Source: Camelus ferus
Lineage: Eukaryota
Reading direction: 5' to 3'
NCBI RefSeq assembly: GCF_009834535.1
Contig: NC_045698.1
Span: forward strand, 15,812,001-15,876,000
Length of the DNA stretch: 64,000 bases
The first letter of the stretch is position 1; each line of letters opens with the position of its first letter. Position numbers and translations under genes: made by a program. Below, one piece after another: positions 38,931 to 52,543 of the stretch. The notes beneath the pieces were generated by a model. It ran no database searches and had not been told where the DNA came from. It saw nothing but the letters and a program-made list of their open reading frames with translations.

Positions 38931-41900
38931 TTTGCAACACCATGAACAAGGTTTGAAACATAAATTAAACATTCCATTGTTTCAAATCCTGGTGCAGACT
39001 GCTAATACCTTTCTCTTTCCACAGAACTAGGGGTTAACTGAGTACAGCACCACTCAGCTGAAGATTACAGTCCGTAGCATTTTTTCTAGCTAGGAGTGAA
39101 AAAATGACAATGTCGTGACAGAAGAACACGGTGTGACAACTTCAGATTTTATTCTTATTCATTTGCGGTGCTTCAGATTGGTAGGTAAATATTGGTAACT
39201 GCATCAGCCAGAAATGAATGACATGAGTTGAAGACACCAAAACTATTAAACCATCTCTAGTGCATACTCATATAATATTAAAGATTTTAAGAGAATGCTA
39301 AAAATTTTTCTCATTTCACTGTTAGTATATTGTACTGGATAACTCATAAACTCATTAGTATAAGGTTCATATACAAAATAATCCATTTCCAAATGAGCCT
39401 GAATACACACGCGTGCACACACACACATCAAAACACAATATAAACATCATAGATTACATTTAAAAACAGATAATCTGAAAAAGGTATTCTTTATATTGAA
39501 AATTTATAAAAATACCTCTTTGTATTAATTAATTTCATTTGTCTTACTAGCTCTAAAATAATTTCTTAGCTCAGTGTATCTCCAATATCATTTCAGTTTG
39601 TTCCCTTAGACTTAATTGGTGCTTTCTCTGAAGTAAAGAGAATTTTACTATCAAATGAAAAGATTGATTCCTAAACAGCAACCTAGTATGTAATGTAACT
39701 GATTTTCATTATTTGTTTTTGACACCAGCACACTTACTCTATAAATATACCTCATGTTTTCAGATTTCAAAAATTAAATCTGTATCTGTCATACTCTATG
39801 GAACTAACTCTAACAGTGTTAATTTTTAAACATAATACTAACACAAGAAGGACAAAGAAATGATATGTACCATTATATAGCTCTGTACAAAGTCTGTAAT
39901 TAGGTTATCTTCTATGATCCTGATACATAATTGTGTTTAAGTAGGGAAACAGACAGAAATTAAACAAATACTATGTGCCAGAAACTATGGGTGAGTTACA
40001 TGATTTATAATTATTCCCTATGCCTTAGGATATTTAATTTTGTTCTTTGTTTTACTTAAAGTCTATGTTGTTGGAACATTCTATACATCCAGATGCCAGG
40101 AAGCATATTGCTACTCCTCTAAAAGAGAACTGTAACATCTTTAAGACTTTAGTGGAAATTTCAAGATATAGACCAAGTAGTAATAGAGAGCCTAAACAAT
40201 ATTTTATTATAAATATTATGTGCACCTTTTAATTGAAACAAACTGATCCACAGATGTGTGTTTATTCATGTGCATATACGTGCATATATATACATGATGG
40301 ATGTATATTTACACATACATAATATATAAACACATATATTTTAAAAAATAGTAATACACAAATAGCAAGAAAGAGAAAGTCATAGAATGTCATACCTTTG
40401 TACTTTGAACTGATTGTAATCTGGATGGGTATTCCCTATAATGCTAGTCACTTTAACTTAAAAACTAAAAGTGTAGTAAGTGTTGGGCAATAAATAATCC
40501 TTGTTCTGCTATTGATGACACTAATAATAGAAACACAATAAAATTAATGATGTTATAATATGTCCATGCGAAGGAATACACTTAGATTTGGTTTTTGTAC
40601 ACAAAGCAGAGGGCACTTAAGACAGCTGTGAACTGGCACCAGTATGTTGACATTCACAAAATTCACTTTCAGTCAGTGTGTTTGGTCAGAACTGTACTTG
40701 AGCCTTTACATAATAAGTCCCATAATCATCCAAGAAACTAAGAAGAATGTTGCATTTTTAGAACCTGTCCTTACAAGTTCTTCTTTCTTTCATCTTAATT
40801 TACACTGCCCAGCACACTTTAATGGGGAAGAGTCACTTCAGTTACTTTGAGGAAATTAGAGAACAGAAATAGCCTTCATTTTGAAAACAATCAGTAGAGT
40901 AACTTCCATGTGCCAAGCGGATTGTCAAATTAAATCACTTTAAAAAGCAGTCTGTGTGTGTTTAGATCTCATTAGCCAGTGCAAACAAAGAAAGTCTTGT
41001 TAATATGTATGTACAACTACTTTTGTTGCAGAGAAATCACATGGCGCTAATAAACCTGGCCAATCTGCCTTTTTCAGGCTGCCTCTGATATCACCAGCTC
41101 CTGACTGCCTGCCTCCTGCAAGGATTAGCACACTGATTTGCTGACCTAACATTCAGGAAGGTGTCTGCCCGGCGGCAATCAAACTGTCAACTCAGAATCC
41201 AACCTCATTACCCCCAAGTGAAAAGTGTAGGGGGAGGATCTCATAGTCCTCTATGAGTACTATTTATCAAATTTCCATTTGAAGATTGCATGGCCTCCAA
41301 AGTATTATAATTTTGTTCTCCAATAAATGCTTACAAAAGTTTAATGCATCTAGATTGAGGCAATCCAAGTAATAGGTGTCATACTGTACCTGAAGATATT
41401 GTCCCCTCTGCCCTCAAGCCATGGCTGCTCATATCAGATTTGATTTTTACTCAGGGTAGAGTTTCCTCCAGGAGACCTGCAAGGCCACCCTTGCAATTTA
41501 CTTCTAGAAGGAATCCCTTTCAGTTTTTCCAGTCTGTCCACACATATATGCCTGTATAAGTACATCTGTATATGTACTGGCATATTTCTCAAATGTTGAA
41601 ACTATTTTAATTACTCATACATGAAAATCCTCTGGCCTGTGTAAGTCAATCATTAAAATATGTATGTCCAGTAGGAAAAGAGTTGCTGATGGCTCTACAT
41701 ATTGATTATATACTTAGATGTCTCTGCATAGGGAAAATTTTCTTGAATTTTTGAGGTCCTAGAAAAAATGTATGACCATTTATGACAATTTTATGTAGCA
41801 TGATTTCCCATAACCTCAGTGCTCAAAAGAAAATGGACATTTCACCTCAAAGGCAGTCTGTGTTATGTTGCAAAGGCATGAAAATATTAGAGCTACTTAG

Positions 41901-43324
41901 ATTTAAAATAAATCAGGGAGTTATCTCAAAGATGCTAATTCAACACTGTACGTTAAAGGATGGATGAGGAATGTAGATGGATGCTCCAGCTGCATGAATT
42001 AGAACAGAAATAGAATCATTGGTGATACTCTAGAAAGAGGAGAGTACAGTGCGTGGAATACAGAAGAAGCAAAAGTTTCATTAGAAAGCGAAGATGTCAA
42101 CCTCTCTTCCTCCTTTTTAGAAAGGGAACAACAGGATTCACAAAATACCTCAAGACCAAAGTCCTACATGGGAAAGGAAGGGATAAAAGGCAAAAGACTT
42201 GACACAGATATTAGCAGTACTCTGTGGAAATTTATTTTCCTGTATCTGAGATGTTCAACTTCTTAATTTATAAGACTGTAGTTGGCTACACAGGGTTTCA
42301 CTGCTCAGTGTTGCTATGCAGTGTGATTGGAGATCAGAAGAACTAAATAAAATCATGAGTTTAATTATGGAAATGAACATTAACGGAAACTTATATTGTG
42401 ATTAGGCTAATAAAATGTTCCTCAACATATGTACAAACCATATTTATGAATCCTTCAGTTTAATTTAAATTTCATATTGAAATAAAGGGCATATGACTAC
42501 TAGACTAATAAAATATCACTTTTTTTGAGATCATTTTAGGGTTCCTTTAGAGATAGGAGTTAAGAGGAGGAGGAGGAAAGGAAATTTGAGAGGAACTGAG
42601 ACTTACATTTACTGAGCATTAGGAATATATCTGGGGAACCATAGTCTCAAGCCTTCAGCCTTAAACTAAATCAGCTCTTCAGAACTAGACTCACTTGGGT
42701 CCACTCTTATTCTGACCCAGGAGGAGAGCTTGAGATTTGTTCCCCATGATCAGTTTCTGACATGTGACCTGAAAAAGTGGAAAAGTGAGAAAAATAGAAA
42801 GTTCAACAAATAGAACCAACAAATGCCTGAGAAGAAACCAGAAACCATAAAATGTTAAAAGTGGAAAACATATGTATATATAATTGACATTATGTTTCAC
42901 ATACGGGAGATTTAAAAATTAATATACATTATTGAAATAATTAAGAGATGTTATACATCAAAGTCACTCTCTTTAATTACCCTGGGTGGGAAAATTGTGA
43001 AGGCATTGCCCAGTTTATGCAGTAATACTTTTTAAATATATAAGGTCATTATTTTAAAAGTTGCTTGGCTTCTTTCTTTTTAAAATAACTTCAGTAAAGC
43101 ATACTATAAAACAATGGTCCCGAGTGTTTTATTTATAAATTACAATGATCACATACTGAGTATTCTTAAAGCAGACCATACCGAGGTGGAATGCAAGCAA
43201 ACAAGTGAAACCCCAGGAATCAAATCCATGTTATTTACTTACTGACTATGCATATACTTAGTTTTTAACTCTATATGAGAAAGAGACTTAAGGTTAAAAA
43301 TGTTGTGTAAGATCTTTTACTTTT

Positions 43325-43490
43325 CTCCCAGTATTAACTAGCTTAGGCTAAGCTGTATGATCACTGGGGCTTTTAGCAAACAAGGTTTATTTTCTGCTTA
43401 CGGCACCTGTTTATCATCGGTCGCTCTCTTCACTCTGTATTCCAGGGGACTCCATGCAAGAGACCCCATCCAAGACGCTGTTAGTCTGTA
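43325..43490 (-). mobile_element. Old MaLR (MLT1J-like) fragment
   Basis: TAGGCTAAGCTGT..GGCTTTTAGCAAACAAGGTTTATTTTCTGCTTAC. Confidence 0.45.
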
Positions 43491-45924
43491 ATTATTAAAG
43501 GGAGGGCCAGATCATATTTTGAATAATAGTAATATATGCATGACAGTCTATCTGTATCATATGTTCTCAGAGAGCAAGGGAATTGTTCTGAATACTTCTG
43601 TGCTGTTCCATATTAGCTTGCAGAAAATGAATAGTAAATAGATATTTTTGACTAAAGGTTCATAATAAAGTAATTCTCATTCTATGAAACTTTTAGTTTA
43701 GTAAAGGGTCCACATAACTGATAGAGGACAAGCAGAAATGTATTATCTTTCAAAACAATAAGTTCAATACTCAAGGCATCACTACATTATTTGCATTTTT
43801 GTATTTCAATAGCATTTTGGTGGTCTAAGACTGAGTTAAAATTTTCCCTTTAATTTATTTTTTCAGTAGCTCAGTGCAGATCTTTTATTCACATGCCCTC
43901 CTGGTTCAGAATAGCAAGAAGCAAACTATCATTAAAGCAACCATAGGTTAATTTCAGAATTAGAAAATCCTTATTTTGATGATTAGGAGAGACAGAGAGT
44001 GTAGAGAGCTAAATTTTAGATCAAAAGCTGTGTCTCCAGTCCTGACAGAACAATCAGTCTTTGACTTTTACACAATAAGCAAATTCGATACGCATTTCAT
44101 AAATAGCAAATAAATGGGAACCTCAGAATATCATTTTAATATGTGACTTTCCTGACTGCAACCACACTTTCCGTATTCACTGAAGCTTCCTGTGTAGGAT
44201 GAGAGTCAGGGAAACTTAAAAAGCACTTAAAAACCATAGCAGACAATGCAAAGTAAAAAGGCCATTTAGGTTTGTTGAAAGAGAAGCATAGCAATATGCC
44301 TTCAAAAGATTCTCAAAAGGCATTGGCTTAGGGTTCCTCGCATGGAGTTAAGGCCCCTTTTTAAAAGGCAAAAATATTATCAGAAGCAGCAGAAGAAAAA
44401 AAAGATCCTTTAAAAAATACTGGAAGTTTCATAAATATATTTTAGTTCAAAAATAAATGATAATCTGCTTTGAAATAATGTTATTTATGAATGCATGCAA
44501 TAATACTCTTGTGAAGGTTAGGACTCTGGAAATAGTTTAGATCATTATTTTCTCTGCTCAGTCTACTCCAGTGCCAAATACCCAGGGGGAACTCAATAAA
44601 TATAAATGGATGATGATGATGATAACTTCTCTGAGACCCACACAGGTTGAAAAATCAGTTATTAAGCCCATATGCATTTTAACTTTGAATTTGTCTTTCT
44701 AAAGAACTTGAAATCAGATTTATTTTGCTTTTGTCTCTGCTTTATTCGGATGAGAAATGAAGAAACTGCAGACACAGACCTTTTATACTGATGATGCAGG
44801 ATTTATTTATCAAGCTTATTCACCGGGCAGGTTAGTGAGCTATCTTTTTTGAAGTCACCCACTGCATTCTGGGGCAATGAGTCCTTGTAAAACTACAGAC
44901 TCAGTTATAGCATGAATTAATATTTTATACATTAAATTTCATAAGTTACACTTGGTTGAACAGAGTAACTGAATTAAAATATGATTTATAATTAAATCCT
45001 TATCAATCACCCTAAGAGTGCAACCAATCTGTATAGTTGGTCCTCAGTTCTCATTTAAAATTGTGAAGTGACTTGTCAGGTAGTAAGAATAATCAGTTTT
45101 AGGCAAGAGACAATTGCTTGCTTCAGTACAGTCACATTTGTAATTGATCAGCAATGGCATGATGATTTATCATTTATGAGACATCAAATGTGCCACCTCA
45201 GAAAGTTTAACTTACACTGCTGGAGTATACAGTCTCAAATTTGAAAGCATTTCAGAGTTAGCACAGTTCTATGCTCCCTAAGGTATGTTTCATGGTTTTA
45301 CCTCTTAAAAATATGGAAATTAAACTAGATCTACTTCCAATCATCACATAATTTATACAGTATTACAATTAAAATTACATTAGATGTCTATTTATGCATG
45401 TGTTGTTACTCTTATGATGTATTTTCAAATCACTCATGACCATGATGTGGAAAAATGTCACTTTGAGCTCTATCAAAGAAGGGTTACTCGTTTATACTAA
45501 TTTTTTTTTCTCTCATTAAAACATTTTCTAGAGTAGTTTAGATTCATGGACACTAACTTTTTTGTTAATGGGAAAAAACATGTAAATTTTATCCATTGGC
45601 CTTTATTTGACTATAAAATGCTCATTTGTTATCAGAAATCCAAATAGAAGATTATAAATTTTATATTTATTGGCATCAGTTATGTAACATGAAGCATGGA
45701 AAATGATGGTGTAAAGGCTCAAATCTGAAATGGGTTTCCATCTGAAGATTCAAGAGACACCCCAAAAGGTTGGTAGTCTGTAAATACAAAGTCCAGGAGA
45801 GGCAGAAAACGAAGGAAGGGAGGAATGGAATTAAAAAGAGAAGACACAGAGTTGCATCACAATAAATACAAGAGCTAGTGTCAGTATGTTCTGGAGCTTT
45901 GTGTTTGCTTTTCTTTAAAGGAGA

Positions 45925-46150
45925 GAAAAGGGAGACTAAACATACTGCACCTCACAGTCTAGAGTCTAGATCTCAAGGCATTGCTCTAAGTTTGGCCAAA
46001 TTTCTTGTTCTTTTGCCTCTTTCATTTTTTCATCTGTAAATCTACATAAATAATAGTTTAATTACCTCAGAGTATTGAGGCTCATCAAATTAAGAAATGT
46101 AAAAGAAAGTTCCTAATCATTTAGTTCAAATGAAATATGGTATTGTTGTA
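45925..46150 (+). mobile_element. MIR fragment
   Basis: AGAGTCTAGA..GCCTCTTTCATTTTTTCATCTGTAAA..TACCTCAGAGTATTGAGG. Confidence 0.45.
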
Positions 46151-49100
46151 ACGTTTCATTCAATAGTCAAATTAAGTGATTTTTTAATCACTTTGCTAGT
46201 TTTACACAGGCATAAAATGCATTTATTTCCTCAATACAAAGCACAAAATTTGGAATAGTGGGCAGGTAATATCAGTGATGACAAGTTTTGCAATAATGAT
46301 CTTAATCATAATAAAGAAATGTTTTCCAAATTATAGGTTATAAAGAATCAAGGATGCAAATTGTTAGTAAATAGGAAGACAGGTAGTATTTCAGTGAATT
46401 CCACCACTTTGTTTAAGATTTTGAAAATTTTATATTAGTGGTTAATCCATACACACACATATAGCTATAATCGAACATATATTTTTGTGTAAGGTAAGAC
46501 CATTTATAATTTATGAGGAAAAGATAACTTAGGTTCATGCATGCATATGCAATATTTTAAAACAGCTTTAGTTCATACTAACTCATTTATGGGGTGATCC
46601 TTAACAATTGGAATGTACAACACAGAACTGTGCAAATTAAATTTTGAAAAGTTGCTAAATTATCAAGGTCCTAGATTACTTTCACTAAGAGTAGATCTCA
46701 AGTTCTAATCTTACAAAAAAAGAAGATACAGAAATGAAAAATCATTAAAAGTTTGTATTTTGACAAATAATCAAATGTTATTATTTCATGAAATATATTT
46801 AAGTATTTTATCTGATCACTCAGTTTTAGACACCAGAAATATATATATTTATAATTTTCAGCTGAATGAGGCTTTGAAAATAAGTAAAAGAACTCATACC
46901 CAATTACAATTAATTCAATGTCCTCTTTTGTCTGGTATGGTCTTTAATAACAGAACACAGCAAGCCTTTTTATACCAAATCTGAAGATCAGGTTTCCATC
47001 ACTCTAACTTGTAATCCAATATAACAGTTTATAAGAAAATTAGAGGTCAGTTTACATTAAACAGCATAAACCAAAACTGGCTAACTTAATAACGCATGGT
47101 GGGAAGACCACTATCTAAGTGGGAGGCAGGCTTAATATACCCTGTGCCTGTAAAATGCCATTCATAGGAAATTGACTCAAGATTTATAGCCATAGGTGAT
47201 AATGCAATGTCAGTGAAAACCAGGGCACATGCTTCAGCAGCAGAAATTAACCCTTCAGGAAATTGTAGTGTTGTGTTTCTGGGTGGGAGAATTCCATCTG
47301 CTGAGGACCTAAAAATATATAACTCAGAATTTGGCAAAATTCAAAAATTGTTTTTTATATACCAATAATGTTAAAATATAAATCATAGCAAAAAAAAAAA
47401 AAGGCCTCTTTTGATTACGTTAAAGCCTGTATTCATTCAATGTTCTGACATAATAAAAATCATAATATTAAAAAACAAAACAAGGTCTAATCCAATAATA
47501 CCTAGACACATAAATGATGAGGGCTTCACCCTGTTAATCTCATATAACACTATCCTGAAAAAAACGTTTTATCTGGAAAGGCATCTAAATTTATATTTCT
47601 ACCATATGACATAACTACACAAAGCAAACTGAAAGACGTAAATTTATAGAATTTGACCTAGAAAGTTAGAACTGTTCCCTCCAATCTGAGCGAAGCAATT
47701 CACTTGTATAACTAACCCTAAAACAGAGGTAATCACAAGCATTCGAGCACATCAAAATAAACAAATTGAATTAATGAGTGGGAAATTGATAGTGAATATG
47801 ATCCTATAAGGGAATAGGCATTAATAAATTCAATTGCAGTGGTTAATATCACTGTGAAGTACTACGTTTTTCAAGAAAGTAAATGCATTCAGGAAAAATA
47901 TTTTCCCCTTTCCCTGTTAATGTCAGCATTTGGAAACAAAGCAAAACAAAATTCATGCTCTTAATCAAGGCTTTATCTATTTCTGCTGGATTCTAATTTC
48001 CCAGTTGGCTTTACATCTCATGAAACTACAAAGAATAACCACATTAACATTCTAGGCATTTAACAATACATTGCATCAAATATATGCTCAAAAGTGTCCT
48101 AGACAGGCTGGATTGTAGAACAAGAAACAGACATAAGGAAGAAATGCTTCCTTTTCAGTTGTGAAAAATTGTATGTGTAAAACCCTGTCAAATTCCGTGT
48201 CTATATTTGACAGTGAAAATATACTGCACATCTAGTCATTTTTTTCTAGCTCTACCACCGATACTGTTTGTATGAATGGACAAGGTTTAATACTTCAAAA
48301 ATATTCAACAGACACTGTCATCTATGCTGAATTTCACTTATTCCAGCTATGTCTTCATTGTCTCAAAGGCTGATTGTGGAAATAATTTTCAAATACACAA
48401 AGTAGTAAAAGAGCTAAGGCAAATTATATTGTCTAAGATATTTGGAATCTTGTTCTTTCTGATCAGTAAAAAGAAAAAAAGAAGTACATCAGTGAGGGAA
48501 AACAAAACATTTTTATTGTGACCATTTCATTTCATAGTGCTTATTTCTCATTTTGGTAGGAAGAACATCATCCTTTTAAAGGGCACAAAACAGTAGAGAA
48601 AAATATATTTTCTATTTGACATGAGACATTAATAAAATAGAAATGTCTAATTGGTGTCACACAAAGTTAGATGGCTTTGTCCCCCGCTCAGGAACAACTG
48701 TGAAATGAAAGGTCAACATGCAATATCTCCAAACCTACCAACAAAGAGTTGCATGGTTTCCTATAAGACACACAGAAGTCATATTTTTAATATAAAATAA
48801 GCAAAAAAAGTGGCATTCATTAAAACAGTAATGTTTTTCATGCATTGGTCAGTATTTTACTATTTTGTATTAAATTGACAGTAGACAGACATGATCACTA
48901 ATTGGGAGATACACTATGTGTGTCTATGTATGTTTATGTGTGTGTGTAAATAGAAGTGTTTTCTATTAAAAATTACAATTGCATTTTGGGGAGGACATAC
49001 ATACATAAAATAGACTGACACTTTCCTTATGTCTGTAAGATTTATCCATGTGGAATAAATTATTCCTTTGGAGGGTCATAGAGGGCTGATCCTAGGCAAA

Positions 49101-49999
49101 AATGAAGAAGTAGATATTTCCCCTTTTAACTTTTATTACTCTATGACCTCTTAAGATTTGAAAGCCTATATCTCTTCTCTGTCTGACTATTCTAATGTGA
49201 GTCATCTCCTGCTAAAATATCTTGGATCACTCCCTTCTCCCCAGACCACACATCAGACTGAGTCTTTAGAAGCATTTACTTAAGCAAAATGACCTTGTTC
49301 TGTGATCTGCCCTTGAGAGGTTTTGCTACTTCTAATCTGATCAATAGATTCCAAAAAAAGTTTCTGTAATAAATGTAAATTGATTATAATGGTTTAATAT
49401 GTTAGCTAGCTCTATGTACATTTGAAAACAGATTTATGTACTCTAATGAAAAAGCATGAGTGTCTAATCTAAGAATATAGTCACTATGGCTTAATTTGTG
49501 GTATTTGGAGGTGGAAGTGGTGATACTGGGTGTAGACGGGGAAAAGAATACAGGCTTAACAAGCATTGCTTTCCACAGATTATCTTGTATCACAACAACG
49601 TAGAGGCCCACAGATGCTATACTTTCCAACCTTCTCTTTGACATTTGAAATTTGAAACATAAGTGGTTGATTCTACCTTACCAAATCATTTTTTTTAGCG
49701 TGTAATTAAGAGTTTTCAGCTCTACTACTGTTCATACATGGTTACTAGTTATTGTCGAAGGACTTCATTTAAATTTTACAATTTATGATTTTAAGGGTTA
49801 TTTCTACAAGACGTATGAGATATACAGATGAGGAGCTTATGTAGGAATCTGTTTATGTGTTCAACACATTAAAAGTAACTCATGTAATATCATAGCAATA
49901 TGTAGTCCTAGAGAGATACATCATTAATGGTTGGAAAAGACTTTTATCTGTGTTCATGTTTTAAATATAAAACCAAATATTTACATGTGGGGGAAAAAA

Positions 50000-50800
50000 A
50001 CAAACTTCTAACATTTTTTGAGGTCATGCTTATATATATTAGGTGAAAGTTGATGAGAAAGAGAGAAATACCTGAAGGATGTGGGAGCAGATTGGATAGC
50101 CACTTGTGTGAAAAACTATTGGATTTGATGTCCATATAAATGTTAAGTAGGAGAAAAATAGAAAAAATAAGGAAGGCTTTGAATATCTACATCTGGAAAC
50201 AGAAGCCAGTCAAAGAATATTATAGAAGAGGAGTAGGTTGTAAGGAGGACAATAGAGAAGATGCTGGAATCGGGATGGAACCTGTCATGGGGCTGGCATT
50301 TTGGGAATCCCTGCAGATGGAATGTCCCAAGGAAGCAGAGAGATTGAGAAGCCTTGTAGACTTGGGAAGAAAACTTGAGACCACTGACATTTAAATGGCA
50401 CACTAGGATGCTAGTGAAGAAAATGGAGAAGGAGTAACAGAAGGGTAGATAAACCAGGATGAGAGGAGTGAGAATTTAGAGAAAGAAGGATTTTCAGTAA
50501 GACTTAGTACTTCATGTATTCCAGGCTCAATGAAAATTAACTTTCCATTTAGGATAAATTTGACCTTGATACTCAATTCTATAGCATGGTCAAATGCTAT
50601 CACAGAATTAATACTAGCAGAGGTTAAATAGAATGTAGGTTAAAAGCAAAATAGAACATGCTACCAAACTGAGAGTAGGGCTTAGATTTAAATAGGATGA
50701 AACTCACAGGAGGTTGAAGAAGTTCAAGGCTGCAAATAGTGGCTCTTCCTTTAAGAGGCTGGGCTAAGAAGGAAACAAGAAAGCACAAAGCTTTGGGGGA
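50000..50800 (-). mobile_element. L2 relic
   Basis: Purine-rich antisense L2 motifs such as GGTCAAATGCT..AGAGGTTAAATAGAATG and GTTCAAGGCTGCAAATAGT. Confidence 0.5.
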
Positions 50801-50819
50801 TAAGGAAGGTTAGAAGGAA

Positions 50820-51185
50820 TGAGCTGCCATATTGTGAGAAAGGCTTGTGGAGGACCATGTGTAAGAGAAGTAATGGAGTAATAAGGCCTTCAGGAGCAGA
50901 GGGCAACCCTCAGCTGACAGCCGGCAAGAAAGTGCTGGCCTCAGCCCTACAACTGCAAGGAACTAAAATCTTCCAACAACCATATAAACTTGGAAGAGGA
51001 TATAGCATTTGATAAAAGAACAGTCCTGTGACACTTTCATTGCAGCCTACTGATTCCTGTGCAGAGAAACCAACAAAGCTGGGTCTAGACTTCTGACCCA
51101 TGGAAACTATGATGTAATAATGTTTTTTTATTTTAAATCTCTAAGTTTGTGGTAAAATTTTATACTGCAGTATAAAAATAACACA
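50820..51185 (+). mobile_element. MaLR LTR (MLT1E/F-like), 3' part
   Basis: CAGCTGACAGCCGGCAAGAAA..CTACAACTGCAAGGAACT..GACTTCTGACCCATGGAAACT..CTAAGTTTGTGGT..AAATAACACA. Confidence 0.85.
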
Positions 51186-51239
51186 GTCTGGAAAGGAATC
51201 TTGTATACTTTTTTTGTTTTGTTTGTTTCTGTGCACTGA

Positions 51240-51475
51240 GGACAGTGCAACTAAGGGACTCAATAAGCAGAAAATGCACCTGAGCCTAGATTTAAATCCT
51301 AGCTCTGAGAATTTTTAGTTTTGTAAGCCTTAATTAAGTTCTCTGTATTTCAATGACTTTATTGGTCAAGGAGGGTAATATCATACTTATTTCATAGGAT
51401 TGCTGTGAAGGTCAAGGGGTTTAATTCAGGTTAAATGCTTGACGCATAGTGAGTACTCAAATAACTATTACTTAT
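51240..51475 (+). mobile_element. MIR SINE
   Basis: TTTAAATCCTAGCTCTG..TTCATAGGATTGCTGTGAAG..GCATAGTGAGTACTCAAATAACTATTA. Confidence 0.7.
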
Positions 51476-52009
51476 GCTTATAAATGTTTGATTTTTGGTG
51501 GGTTTTGTTTGTTTTACTTTTAAAAATAATTGAGCTAATTTATAGAGTGAGGCAAAGGGAGAGATGAAGCCAATGATTCAGGAAAAAGAGACTGTTAAAA
51601 AGCACAATCCTTAAAGAAATTGGATCCAGAGAACATGCAAAGTAATGAATAAGGTAAATAAAAGTAAGACTATAAAAAACATCATCTGGCTTTTCTTCAT
51701 TTGAAAAGTGAAAATATAATTAAATGATTTCAGTGAATAAAATTCACAAGCCTCTGTAAGGTCCTCAAAAAACAGATAAAAGAAAGCAAATGGCCAGTAT
51801 CAGAATATTACCCAATATTAATTTTTCATTTAAAATAGAGAGCAGAAGATTGACAGATAGACATTATATATATATATTTTTAACATATACACATACATTT
51901 TTCTTAACAATGTTTTAGAATTTCTTAAGATTTTAATTTCTGTCATAATTATTTATCATTTATATTCTCCACATATATGAATATGTGCATGAGTATGTAT
52001 GTGTATGAA

Positions 52010-52543
52010 TTTATTTTTATTCTCTTGCTGAAGTACAATTGATTTTCCATGTTGTGTTAGTTTCTGGTGTATAGCAAAGTGATTCAATTATATATATTTT
52101 TATATTCTTTTCCATTGTGGTTTATTATAGATTATTGAATATAGTTCCGTGTGCTATAAAGTAGGACCTTGTTGTTTATTTTATACATAATAATTTGTAT
52201 CTACTAATCCCAAACTCTTAATTTATCCCTCCCCTACCCCTCTTCCCCCCGGTAACCATAAGTTTGTTTTCTATGTCTATGCATCCATTTCTACTTCATA
52301 AATAAGTTCACATGCATCATATTTTAGATTCCACATATGAGTGCTATCATATAGTATTTGTCTTTCTCTTTCTGACTTACTTCACTTAGTACGATAATCT
52401 ATAGGTCCGTCCATGTTGCTGCAAATTGTATTATTTCATTATTTTTTATGTCTGAGTAGTATTCCATTGTGTATATAGACCACATCTTCTTTATCCATTC
52501 ATCTGTTGATGGACATTTAGGTTGTTTCTATGTCTTGGTTATT
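52010..52543 (-). mobile_element. Cetartiodactyl-type L1, 5'-truncated (3' UTR and ORF2 end)
   Basis: TGAAGTACAATTGATTT..GTGTTAGTTTCTGGTGTATAGCAAAGTGATTCA..GTAGGACCTTGTTG..GGTAACCATAAGTTTG..CATTCATCTGTTGATGGACATTTAGGTTG. Confidence 0.9.
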
